Made by a program: the position numbers and the translations under genes
Source: a virus
Direction: 5' to 3' (one strand)
Virus record (IMG/VR): IMGVR_UViG_3300017917_003766
Span: 31,763-95,762 of that record
Length of the DNA: 64,000 nucleotides
Notes under the pieces: model-generated
Seen by the model: the letters and a program-made list of their open reading frames with translations, nothing else
What the model was told of the DNA's origin: nothing
Databases searched by the model: none
Shown here: piece after piece, positions 12,201 to 23,523 of the stretch
Layout: the number at the start of each line of letters is the position of its first letter
How positions within the stretch are numbered: position 1 is the first letter of the stretch

Positions 12201-14997
12201 TGATAGTTCCTCGAAACATTACCCAATTGTATATCTCTTGTGTATATATAGTGATTTCTTGAACCAGATGATTCAACCTTGTTTAGTCTATAATCTCCGT
12301 TTAATCTATCATCAGCTAAGGCATATATTTCAGTCTGCTTTGGTGGCACTTCTGTTTCAATAGTTTGAAGAGTTGACCACTCTTCTGCAATATCGCTAAC
12401 AAGCACGCTTTCTGTTCCTATTTGCTGTGGTTGTATCTTATAAAATTCTTGTCTTGACAGCTTAGCATCATATGTTGCGGTTATTTCAGCAGACCAGTTT
12501 GCGCTAAAAGTTGTTGGAGATTCATTGGATTGCACATATGAATTAAATATTGAAAATTTAAATGGATATGATTGATATATATTTCTTGATGATATTTTTG
12601 ATGACAAGTTATCTTGCGTTGATTGAGAACTCTTATACACCCTGTCCCTTATTATGTACGCACCAAAACCGCCTGGTACAACAAATTTTGCAGATGGAGA
12701 ATTCGTGTACGCATATATTGGAGCTTGAATTGATCCAAAATCTAACTTAAATAATGAATATGAAGTTGGTATTTCTGAATCGCTTGCTCTTGTAGCATTT
12801 GATATTAAGACATCAGGATTTGTTAATTCAACATAAAACTCTGAATTAGTTGTATCTATTTCCTGTAGACTAATTGAATATTGATCTGACAAATAATCAT
12901 AAATAGATTTTTTATAAAAGTCTAATGCGGATGTGTTTTTTCCTGTTATGCTTTTTGCATAATTTAATTTGTTGTCTAGGTCTTTTACCAGTGTATAGGC
13001 AGAAGTTTTTTCTTCATCCAATAATACGTTTTGGTTAATCACATAAGAGCTATTCCAATTTGAAACGTGATAATACGACGATGCTCTAACGTCTTTTACT
13101 TTGCCAGAAAATATTCTAGACGTAAGAGCAACCGACACTGCGTTATACAGAAGTTTCATTGGTCCGCTCTATAGATGACGTAGATTGAAATGGTTCCTGG
13201 AGCGCTGATGTGGATCCGCTGTTGGCTATTGCATTATCAAACAGAGCAGACGGTTGATATATATCGTTACAGTATTTAAGAGTTGGAGCGGTCATCGCCA
13301 ATAAATTACCTTTGACTAGAGCATCTGCTGTTTTTGTATAACCAAAACCAACAAATATTGGTTTTCCTCTAGAGTTTTTTAAGATAATATTTTGGCTTGC
13401 AAGTGAACCTGTAAACTCTTTGACCATTTTATAGCTGAATAGTCCAAGAGTCAAAGTGCCAATGTTGTTCCTGCCAAATAGTGAATATATATTATATTTA
13501 ATACCATCCAATGTAACATCTTCAAACACTGAATTACTCAATGGCCAAGCTCCATTTTTATTTTCATCCAAGAAAAGATTATCTGTATTATACGTCCACG
13601 AATCTAAATCATATGTATCGGATGATAGAACGAGGGCAGGATCAATGTTTTCTGCCCCAGAAGATTGAGAAAGATCTAATACAATAGTGCCTTGTGTGTT
13701 TTCAATAAAATATTTTATTTTTTGACCCTGCTGTATAGTTATTGCCGAGCTTGGAGACCACGCCAATATATCAAAAAGTGCTAAATCAGAGTTAGAAACT
13801 TCGTCAATTGATACAAGCCAATATTGAGCTGATGTATTTACTCCAGATCCTATTGGATTGACATATGTATACTTGGACAAGTTAAACGGAGACTGCTGCA
13901 GCCTGTAAAATATATATGGATTTGCTGAAGCGTAGTTATTAGATGAAACCATCTGATCTTTTTGGGTTGTTGTGCATAAAACTGCACAGTTAACTACTTT
14001 TTGTTTTAGGTTAGATTCAGAATCTACTTCTTCTTGATCATTAACGGAAGAAACGTCTACCCTTTTTAATACTTTAGTAATCAATCTCCAGTTAAAGGTT
14101 TCATATGTTCTGTTGTCGGCGATAGCTTTTTTGGGTACTACTATTTCAAATCCGTCTGCTGAAGAACTGTTGTTTATAATATTATTTTTAAAACTAACAG
14201 ATTTTTTAGAAAATATTTTTTTATTTCTAACGGAATTGTCTACAGCAAATGACTCTTCTAAAACCTTATTGAACAAAGCAACGCTGTTTATATTTTCCTT
14301 ATACTGCGGCACAACTGAAGTAATTGATTCGCCAGAAGATAGACTAACCTTATCGTATACCAACTGAAGATTTCTTGGATGCGGATCTGCAAATAAGACA
14401 ACTATTTTAAATGGCCTATTTGATCTTTCAGCGTAAACTTCTTGATCTATTTGATCTAAAAGAATTCTATATTTTCTTAATCCAGTGTTTGGATCAAGAT
14501 ACTCTTGATTATTTTCATCTACTACTTTTATCGATTTTGGAATTTTGTTTTCTTCTATAAATGAGTTTAGATCATCAATCAAAAAAGAATCCGTTGGTAG
14601 CATCGTATAGTATTTAGAAATATAATATGAATGAACAAACATTCTGTTTTTAATTTCCTGGGCAGTGTACCTAGTATCGAGTGTTGGATGGTTTATGAAT
14701 AAATCAGAAATACTAATGTCATCAGAATCAAATACTGTATTTCCATTTTCATCTTCTAAGATACCTAGTTCATTGGCGTAAACTAGCTTACTTTTTGATT
14801 CTCCGTGGACTGGCATTTATTTCTGTAGAGTAGGAATTTTCTGGAATAAAACCAGATAAATCGGTTACTGACAGATTATTAGCCGGACTTATCGGCTTTG
14901 AGGAAAACCAAGCTAAACCAGCTGACTTATCATCAATTGGAAGTTTGTTTACTTTTTTAAAAGTAATTCCAGTTTCTAAGTTTAGCGGTTTAACCAT
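9273..14997 (-). CDS. Large tail/baseplate protein, ~1906 aa, with a peptidoglycan-binding domain; reconstructed with four +1 shifts at CGG (14803, 13164, 12185, 11296)
   Basis: Five ORF fragments join in register when the C of each in-frame CGG is skipped. Contains a PG_binding_1-like segment YQMGAS-G-MLSAYIAYIQITL...FDQATKSAVIKFQQEY...DGIIDSETK. Confidence 0.8.
11295..11298 (-). other. +1 recoding site TCT-CGGA
   Basis: Joins 11230..12276 to 9273..11213. Confidence 0.8.
12184..12187 (-). other. +1 recoding site TCA-CGGA
   Basis: Joins 12122..13159 to 11230..12276; restores GAS-G of the PG-binding domain. Confidence 0.8.
13163..13166 (-). other. +1 recoding site GAG-CGGA
   Basis: Joins 13143..14816 to 12122..13159. 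Confidence 0.75.
14802..14805 (-). other. +1 recoding site CCA-CGGA
   Basis: Joins 14788..14997 to 13143..14816. Confidence 0.75.
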
Positions 14998-15002
14998 TGA
15001 TA

Positions 15003-18000
15003 TTATTTATCCTTTTTTAAATTAATATATTCAGATATGAAATATGGAGTAGATCCCAAAAAGCCAGCTTGATACTGCTCGTATCTAGAGATCGGCAGCC
15101 ATGTTGGTGGCGTCCAATCTGGAGTGGAACCAGAGGAAACAACCAACTGATCATTATAGTAACTGGTTATAAACCTAGGAGTTGAGTATGTATCTATTGA
15201 TTCTTCTGGATTAAAGTTAATAACATCAACCATTTTAATATCCTGTATATAATTAATATCTATATTATCATAAGATTCATGCCAGTAACCTATGTCGCCA
15301 GCCACTGGCGTAGCGTCAGATGAGTACGTTTTATTAAAGTCCGACTCAACAACCACATACCAATAACCAGGCTGAGTCCTATCCATGCTTACAATCGGAC
15401 CTATTGAGAATCTTCCATTATTATCAGAAAAGACTATACCAGAATTACCAGAAAAACTGGCGGAAGATGAATAATCCTGATTCTCTATCGCTGCATATGG
15501 AGTTCTTCCTTTTCTCCAGTAAATAACTACATCTTTTTGTGGAGTGTTATTTTTTGATGCTATTCCATCAACAAACACTGAAGACACGCCGTCTGCTTTT
15601 ACCGTTGATGGATCGACGGCTATCGAAATTGAATAATCCTGTTTATATCTAGAGTGAATTGTGTAAGAATAGCTCTTACTAAAACTAGAATTTTCTGAAC
15701 CAGAACCAACTACTGTTATTGAATCTTTTAATGTTGAGTTTACAGGTGTAGACTGTGAATACACCGCTTTTGTTATTGCATATCCATCAGCATTAGTGGT
15801 GACTGTTGATGGCTGAATGTTTAAATAGCCGCTTGATATAGAAAATTCTTGATATGGTTTTGGGTTTCCATTAATATCTAATGACACTATTGATATGGTT
15901 ATATAATCTTTTCCGTCATCCATTATATTATACGGAGATATTTTTACATCAGCGGTATCAAATGCGTATTCGCTGGCGGAAGCAATGACGTATCCTTTTT
16001 CTAGTAGCGAATCTGTTTCCCCAAGAGTTATTCCTATTGGAGTTGTGTGTTCGTAATTAGCTATTTCATAAACAATTTCGTAAAGAAGTGGTGTACTCGG
16101 TGTAGCATCAAAGACGATCTTAGAATAGTAGTTTGATCCAGAAAGAATACTGTCTATATAGTATGAATTTCTTACTCTATACTTTATAGTATAGTTTCTA
16201 TCTTGATTAAAAATTGGCGTAGAACTCTGAATAGAAATAACATTATTAGATGAGTCTAATTCAGAATAGAGAGTTACGCCAGTAACCCCATCCACAATTG
16301 ATACATCATATACATCAGAATATGACAGGTAAAAAGAATCTTCAAAAGATGGTTTTATACTTTCTGTATTATAAAAATCAAGTTGTCTTGGAGTAGCTGG
16401 ATCTTCAAATGCTGTTTCTTTAAACAGCACATACGGCGTCGATTCATTCTGCTTTCTTGCGTTTACGTATACTGGTGCACCAGCTTGAGGAACTTCTGAT
16501 AATGTAATTTCTTTCAATTTACCAGTAAATGTTTCCTTTTTTGGTAACGCATAAACATAGTATTCTTTTTTATCTAAGTGCATCCACCCAGTATTGATTC
16601 TTGCTTCTAGCTTGGCATCATAGAGCCTTCCTCTTGCAATAAAATTATTAAATACAGTAGTATTTCTATCTAAATCATATTTTTCAACTATTGCATTTGA
16701 AGGATAGTTTATTCTCTTTGTATTATACAAAGAATTTTCAAGTATGTCATTTATACTATTGGGTTTTAGTACATAATTTTTATTAAGGAATGGATTAACT
16801 ATTTTTTGTTCTGACCATATCAAAACATTAATATCTTCTGGATCAACTATAGTGATGTTTTCAAAAAAGTATTCAAACTTTGAAGACCCAGATATCCCAA
16901 ATGTTTCTCTGGTTATTTCTGGAACTATTATAACATCTTGATTTTTGCTTGGTACAAATTCACCATTTTCTTTTTTATATCCCACATATCCATATTCATC
17001 TATATAGCCAGTAATAGGAGTTGACATTAGTGTAAATGGCTCCCAGTTAACTAATGTTCTTGGATAAATTTCTCCATTTTCAAGTCCAATTTTTATCAAA
17101 GAAGGAGTGCTTGAGTAGGGATATGAAATCTCCGAGAAATAAGTATTTGCTGTTGCGGAATTAGAATATGTTTTAAAAACTATATTTGGAGAAGATGGAA
17201 CAAATACAGTGTTTTTTATTGCTGGATCATAGACAACGCCACCATAGCCCAAATAGGGAGATGATCCTACACCATATCCAAGCGCAGCGGTGTCTTGTGG
17301 TTTTATATTTTTTATATTTATACTTCCAGGTGTCGCACCAACTGGATAAATTATATTTTTTACAATTGCATTTTGATCTATTTCATAATCTACCGCTGGA
17401 GAAGATGAATTTGAGTTAAGAAGTATTTTCCTACTATTTAATGAAGTTTCTTTTGTTTTTGTTTGTAGTGACCACAATTTAGATGTTGCCTCTACCGTTA
17501 CAGTGGATACAAGATTTGGAGTGGCAGATATAGCTGGAGTAGATGATCCGTAATTCAATACATTATTTGGACGATTTGAAAATCTAATAACAAAATCATC
17601 AGACTGAGGTGGCGTTGCGTATTCTGTTCCATTCCATGCTCCAAGTCGAAGAATCAAATTTAATATATGATTAAGATTTAATTGAGAAATATTTACATTA
17701 TTTACTTTATTCAGATATCTCTTTAATGTATTTTTTTCTCTTATGATTAAATCACTAGAAGTAAATCCTTCTGTATTAAAAATATTATAAGAATTCCATT
17801 CATAGATATTTTTATTGGTTCCGTTCCTCTGTTCTATTATTCTTTGGATAAATTAATTCTGAGGCATAAAAGACAGTTGGTGTCGCATAGTTACCATGTG
17901 GTGTTGCATGAAATTCCAAAGTGTAGTTTATGGTAGCTGGAGGATTATCATATTCTTTTATTGTATAATCTGAGTTGTATGTATAGCCAATGTTTACTGG

Positions 18001-19697
18001 GTAATAACCTGGCGTTGATCCAATGATTTTTCTTCCTGTTGCTACCAACTCTGTTTCAAAGTAAACTGGTGTAGCGTCTGTTTGCCTAATCGAAAGACGG
18101 AGATCATCCTGATCACCTATACCTGGTTGATAGTATGGGGTATCTATATCATCATCATAGTATCTAGCAGAAAGTCTACCAACTCCATCTTGCTGTAAAC
18201 CAGCATAATCCCATATGGCTTCATCAAACTTAAAGTATCCCCAGTTATTTGGATAGTTTATATTAAGTTCTTCTACAAGTTCTACAAATTTATTTGTTGG
18301 ATTACCATCTGGATCAAAATATGGTGTTGAGCTAATGATGTCATTTATTTCTAGAACTTCTGGTGTTGCACCAGCGTAATTTGCATCTGGTGTTGCACCA
18401 AAAGCTTTCCATAAATTAAGCTCTCTTCTCAATGTCTTTTTGAATGATTCTTTATCGGTTCCTATTGGATTCTTAAACGCATCTAAAATTCTTTCTTTAA
18501 ACGAATCGTTTTCTTCAAGATACAATCTCGTTACACCAACTCTCAAGCCAAGCTCGTCAAACCAGTTAAATTTTTGAACTGGTATTTGGTTTAGGTTAAC
18601 TAAACCTGTGTTTTCATTTTTTGCCTGTAATACATAGTATTTCTGAAGAGTAAGTATTTCTCTATTAATTGGATTGTGATAAAAAACATAGTCAGTTTTT
18701 TTTGAATTAAAAAAGTCTACAATGTTATCAACTCTTGCTAATTCAATCTGATTCCCTAAAATCCTGTGAAATGTTGTATTTACATTTGTTGAAGAATATA
18801 CCCAAGAAATTTGGTCTACATTTGCTCTATCAACAAAAGAATTAATTCTTAATAAATCTAATTCTCTATCAAAACCATCAAGATGTTCACCCACTAAAGC
18901 ATTGACAAATTTTCCAGCTGTTGTTTGTGGAATAAATAAATCTGGTGTTGCTTGATTAAAAGAATCTTTATATAAAGACATCCATGACGGAAATTTTTTC
19001 AATATATTTTTTGCTGACTGAGAAAGAACTGGAGAAACTGGATCTGCTATTGCGACTTCTACAAGAAGAACAAAACTAAGAACACCAAGATCAGTTAATT
19101 CTGTATCTATAGCTACTTCAAATTTTGCGTATCTTTTTGTATCTTTCGATAATAAAATTGAAGCTAAAGCTGTAGACTCTGAAGAACTTGACAAAAAGAA
19201 TGGACCGATCTACACTATCAGACTCATATACGTTAAACGTAAATGTTATATTTTCAATACTATTTAATGATGACGAAAATGCACCCTTAAATGTTCTTAT
19301 ATCTACTCTAGAAGATGTGTCTACAAATCTGGTTAAATTTGCTATATAACCATCAGGTGTAAAAATTGGCGTAGACGGTATATCGGGATCAAAAACAAAA
19401 TTTCCATCTTCAATAGAATCATAATTAAATACATAAAACTGACCAGAATTAGAATCCTGTACTATCTCTCCGATAATTTGTTACTTGATAGGCACCAGGT
19501 ACTGTTGGTGTAGCATCGGATAAAACTTGAGTTCCAGTAAAAGTGAAATCAGATAAAGAGTTTAATCCAGTTGTAGATCTAGTATAAGAGTAATTTGTAT
19601 AGTACTTATTTGTGTATAGGTCAATAGGTTCAGTACTCCAGACTTTTCCATCTTTAGAAAAATCTGAAGTAACGAAACTAAGCAAATAAGTTTTCAT
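15003..19697 (-). CDS. Baseplate wedge-like/Ig-domain protein, ~1563 aa; reconstructed with three +1 shifts at CGG (19470, 19205, 17821)
   Basis: The fragments join in register and the uncalled gaps 19208-19469 and 17658-17820 are open in the shifted frame. Has the wedge-type motif FDELGLRVGVTRLYLEENDSFKERIL and Big/Ig-like motifs (TVKADGVSSV). Very rich in [AS]TP. Confidence 0.8.
17820..17823 (-). other. +1 recoding site GAA-CGGA
   Basis: Joins 17812..19194 to 15003..17657 through an open 54-codon gap. Confidence 0.8.
19204..19207 (-). other. +1 recoding site GAT-CGGT
   Basis: Joins the uncalled segment 19208-19469 to 17812..19194. Confidence 0.8.
19469..19472 (-). other. +1 recoding site TAT-CGGA
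   Basis: Joins 19449..19697 to the open segment ending at the next CGG. Confidence 0.8.
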
Positions 19698-19707
19698 TTA
19701 TAAGCTC

Positions 19708-20895
19708 CTATACGGCATCTAGCCATACGCTATATTCTGAGGTAATTCCGTGTTCTGGATGAATAAACATCAAATGCTGACAGGGTCTACTCATTGAAGA
19801 GAAGTACTCTTGGGCATAGGTGTTGCTGCTCTCTGGAGAGCCAGAAACTCTTAGTATAGTACTGCCGATTGTCATTTTAAACTGCTGATGGTAGTGACCC
19901 ATAAACACATCGTCGAAATGCTCTGGTATCGCTCCGTCTTTCCATCCCATTATCTTTTTGTAATATCCATAGTATTGAGCTGGAGCTGGCAGTTGGTCAC
20001 CGTGTATCAAAAGGCTAGAGTAATTTCCAATATTGTCTACGGCATACCAATTTCTTTCGCCCTTACCATCTGGTATATTGAAAGTAATTCTTTCCTCTTT
20101 TTTGAAGATAAGCTCCAAAATCTTGTAGAGAAGTCTATCCATGTTAGTTTCTGGATCATGAGATTTTCTCATTTTACCGCCAACAGCACCGTGATTACCT
20201 ATAATCCCAGTTACATGAACTCTTTTGAAGTTTTCTAAAGCTGTCATCAAAAACTTTGATAATATCTTTGGGCCATTAATTCCGACTTGTCTATACAATC
20301 CAGAATCTATAAGATGACTTTGCCCAGCAAAAATTTCTTCTCCTTCAACTATGTCACCCAATAACCATACGTGAAGATCATCTACATTATGATGTAACCT
20401 TTGAATCTCAGTAATTTCCAAAAGTTTTTCTGTATATAGTTCTATTCTTTTCTCAAGAACTTCTGTATTGTAAGATGGAGTTACCTTTCCCATTTGCCAG
20501 TCGGCAAAAACAGCAACAGCAGTTTCTGGAGTATTATGCTTGTTTGATTTAATATTTGGAGCTTTTACTTTTGGTAGCTCAAAGTTTGAGAAAGCGTCAA
20601 ACGCTGCCTGATAAACAGAAACAACAGCCTCATCTTTTACATTTTTATACTTTTCTGCTAATTTTGCCAAGCGTCTATTTTCAGATCTTAAGAACAGAGA
20701 ATCTCCATCTGAAACAGAGCCAACAAATTCCACTTCTTGCTGATTAGTGTCCTGTTCATTCTCTGATACTTCAAACTCTTCATGTAGAATCTGACCAGGA
20801 AAATCCTTATATCCCTCTGCCAACATTCTGGCGTGTGTCATATTCTTTGCTTTTATAACTTGCTTTTTTGTAACTAAATAAGATTGTTCTGACAT
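19708..20895 (-). CDS. Calcineurin-like metallophosphoesterase
   Basis: Motifs in canonical order: FADWQ, LLGDIVEG, IIGNHG, IHGD, MGHYH. AAAGGA RBS. Confidence 0.85.
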   Translation of the reverse strand: MSEQSYLVTKKQVIKAKNMTHARMLAEGYKDFPGQILHEEFEVSENEQDTNQQEVEFVGSVSDGDSLFLRSENRRLAKLAEKYKNVKDEAVVSVYQAAFDAFSNFELPKVKAPNIKSNKHNTPETAVAVFADWQMGKVTPSYNTEVLEKRIELYTEKLLEITEIQRLHHNVDDLHVWLLGDIVEGEEIFAGQSHLIDSGLYRQVGINGPKILSKFLMTALENFKRVHVTGIIGNHGAVGGKMRKSHDPETNMDRLLYKILELIFKKEERITFNIPDGKGERNWYAVDNIGNYSSLLIHGDQLPAPAQYYGYYKKIMGWKDGAIPEHFDDVFMGHYHQQFKMTIGSTILRVSGSPESSNTYAQEYFSSMSRPCQHLMFIHPEHGITSEYSVWLDAV

Positions 20896-20905
20896 TGGTT
20901 ATCCT

Positions 20906-22075
20906 TTAATAATTGGAGTTACCCATTATAACAGAATAAACGGCCAATGACCCAGCTGTCATATAGGATTTATCATCAGATAATCTGTAGTCTTTGTTGG
21001 GTATATTTTTGTTATCAACCCTTACCAAATTGACAGATGCAGAAACGATAACATCTGACGCTATCTTAGCCTGACGCTCAAGCTCAGTTATAGACAAAGA
21101 ATCACCAATAGAGAGTGAATTAATGTATCTATTAATAAATATTCTTGCCTGGTTTTCTACGGCTTTAGCTAAATCACTTGTTGTTGACTCTCTTAGCACA
21201 AGAGACATATTGACGTCAACTGGCTTTCTTTCAGCTATTCTAACATTAATATTAACACCTACTGGCTTTATAGCTCTTATCTGCTCTATCACGATTTCGC
21301 TCATTGTTGCTATGCCAGATCTTGTTTCTGGGACAATGATTATATCGCATGAACCAATACCAAAAGATGCTTCTCTAATCTTTGCGTCTTTTACTCCCTT
21401 TACCGCAAGAGCGGCAAAGCGTACAGATTCAGCTGTGCCAGTATTTGAGCCCCTAACAGCTGCTACTATTCTTCTTCTATAGTTGTCATCGGATTCTGAG
21501 TTAAGCGTACTATAAACCTCTTTTGGATTATTGCAGAAAACAACTACTCCTGGAGGAGCAATAAAGTTATGTTTTACTAAAGTGTTTCTAGCTGCGGTTA
21601 TGTTGTTATCCGCAAATTTTGCTTTTACAGATCCGTAGGCTCTAGTATTACCGGAGGTGATAACCACTTCGCCCATTAGCTCATAGGCGTATTGAATCGA
21701 TGAATAGTTATTTATGTCGTTAAAAACCAAGGTTCCAGACGGTATAACTATAGATGAATTATAAGGCTGATTAATAAAAAATTCTATGTTTGCGGTTGTT
21801 CTTTCTGGCACTAATTCGGCTGATATCGATCTTCTAGGAACATTATAAAGTGCTCCAATCATGTCTAGATTCATACCACTAGCAGTCGATAGATTTGACT
21901 GTTCTACGCTTAGTCTTAATGAATTATATAAATCATAAATTTCAGAATGAATTGCTTCGGCAAACGCTCTGGCAATAGAGCCAGGAGAAACGGAGCTAAT
22001 ACCAGCATTTCTTTGAAGTCCATCAAGTGTGGCTAAAAGCATTTGTTCTCTTGTTTTTATATTTATTGCTGGCAT
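20906..22075 (-). CDS. Baseplate J-like wedge protein
   Basis: Motifs PGSIARAFAEA, STASGMNLDMIGALYNVPR and ESDDNYRRRI...GT; ends with KPVGVNI. Next to a gp25-like gene. Confidence 0.9.
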   Translation of the reverse strand: MPAINIKTREQMLLATLDGLQRNAGISSVSPGSIARAFAEAIHSEIYDLYNSLRLSVEQSNLSTASGMNLDMIGALYNVPRRSISAELVPERTTANIEFFINQPYNSSIVIPSGTLVFNDINNYSSIQYAYELMGEVVITSGNTRAYGSVKAKFADNNITAARNTLVKHNFIAPPGVVVFCNNPKEVYSTLNSESDDNYRRRIVAAVRGSNTGTAESVRFAALAVKGVKDAKIREASFGIGSCDIIIVPETRSGIATMSEIVIEQIRAIKPVGVNINVRIAERKPVDVNMSLVLRESTTSDLAKAVENQARIFINRYINSLSIGDSLSITELERQAKIASDVIVSASVNLVRVDNKNIPNKDYRLSDDKSYMTAGSLAVYSVIMGNSNY

Positions 22076-22076
22076 T

Positions 22077-22457
22077 CTAAGCTCCTAGATCTTGAGTTAT
22101 GGAAAGAACTACTGGCTGATAATTGCTTCCAGCCAAGTAAACATCGAATCTTATTGAATCGGCACTTGTCGGTACTGCTTCAATAGTAATTTGTTTATTT
22201 TTAAAAACTCCTTCTCTTTCTAACGCCGCTCTTATAAGCCTCTTGCCAAGATCACCAGTTTGTGGATTCTGTGGCATTCCGTATAGCGTTGATAGCTGAG
22301 TTCCTAACTGTGGATAAATAAAGAAATCTCCAGGCTCTGTCATAAGCCTTATGTAAACATGCTGTATATCTTTTGTTGATTGATCTTGAACAGTGGCTAA
22401 GTCGCCAGAACCGTTAATGACTAAATCGCCACTTAAATCAATATAAAAATCAGACAT
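22077..22457 (-). CDS. gp25/gpW-like baseplate wedge (sheath initiator) protein
   Basis: GDLATV...IQHVYIRLMTEPGDFFIYPQLGTQL is a typical gp25-family pattern; immediately upstream of baseplate J. Confidence 0.85.
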   Translation of the reverse strand: MSDFYIDLSGDLVINGSGDLATVQDQSTKDIQHVYIRLMTEPGDFFIYPQLGTQLSTLYGMPQNPQTGDLGKRLIRAALEREGVFKNKQITIEAVPTSADSIRFDVYLAGSNYQPVVLSITQDLGA

Positions 22458-23148
22458 TTTCGACGTCCTCTATTATCCTAGATTTTGTTTGTTCAATAGT
22501 ATATCCTTGTAGTCTGTAGTTTGTAAAAAACTGCATTAGTTCTTCGTTTTTATTAAACATTTTAACTACTTTAGTGTTTTGTGACCAGAAACTATCTATT
22601 GAATTTAATTCAGATTGCGTAAAAGATGTTGGATTAACTGATTGATTTTTTGTTAAGAGGCTTTCTTTTACAACGGAAGTATCTGTATCTGGCAGATAAT
22701 CATAGTCACCACTAATAGTAACGGTTGGCTGATCTTCCTCTTGGCTAAGTTGATCAATATTATTAATATAATAGTCTGCGTTTTTAAAACCAGGATTAAA
22801 ATCCCTACTATTTGGAGCAATAAAGGCTGGTTCAGTAAAAACAGTAGCAGAACTATTAAATTCTTTAGAATTCCATTTTAATCCATCTTCTTTAGAATTA
22901 AATTTAATATTATCGGCAAAAATAGATACGGTTCTTGTTGAGGCGCTTATAACAATGCCAACACCAGGAGCGGCAAATATCTCTATATCTCCAGAGTCAG
23001 TTACCCTTAAAAAGGATGGATTATCTGGGTGGGTAATGCCTACTTCTCTTGAAGAAAAAGTTCTTCTTCTATTTATTTCGTCTGATTCTGTTATTGTACT
23101 TCCAACAGAAGACTCAAACATTCTTTCGGCGTTAATTTTTTCAGCCAT
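22450..23148 (-). CDS. Baseplate spike-associated protein (putative)
   Basis: Beta-strand repeats (SFLRVTDSGDIEIFAAPGVGIVIS); lies between the OB-fold-like gene and gp25. Confidence 0.5.
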   Translation of the reverse strand: MAEKINAERMFESSVGSTITESDEINRRRTFSSREVGITHPDNPSFLRVTDSGDIEIFAAPGVGIVISASTRTVSIFADNIKFNSKEDGLKWNSKEFNSSATVFTEPAFIAPNSRDFNPGFKNADYYINNIDQLSQEEDQPTVTISGDYDYLPDTDTSVVKESLLTKNQSVNPTSFTQSELNSIDSFWSQNTKVVKMFNKNEELMQFFTNYRLQGYTIEQTKSRIIEDVENV

Positions 23149-23150
23149 AT

Positions 23151-23514
23151 TTACACCATAAACCTTGGTATTCCAGTGTTAACAAAAGTTGACGGACCAT
23201 ATTTGCCAACTGATGATCCATCGTCAACAAAAGAAACTATATATGGATTTGTCTCTGCATCGTCTCTAAAACCTATTACGCAGCGTGAACCAGTTGTAGG
23301 AGCCACCATTTGAATACCTTGAATAGATGGACATGGAACAGCTCTATAGATATTGCCGAGCTGTGTTTGCCATCTTATCATCCATTATAACCATAACTGT
23401 ATTTGTAATTTTATCATAAGACATAACAGTACCAAGTCGAGTTTTCGCTTGTTGCAGTTTTTGATTTTCAAGATGAGAGTTAAGTCTTTGATCAAACTTT
23501 GGATAGTACTTCAT
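23151..23514 (-). CDS. Baseplate spike OB-fold (gpV/gp5-N-like) protein, ~120 aa; one +1 shift at CGG 23356-23358
   Basis: ATG at 23512-23514 with AAGGAG RBS. Reads MKYYPKFDQRL...RLGTVMSYDKITNTVMVIMDDKMANTA-G-NIYRAVPCPSIQGIQMVAPTTGSRCVIGF. Confidence 0.75.
23355..23358 (-). other. +1 recoding site GCT-CGGC
   Basis: Joins the RBS-led 52-codon N-terminal part to 23151..23381. Confidence 0.8.
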
Positions 23515-23523
23515 TTTATCTCC

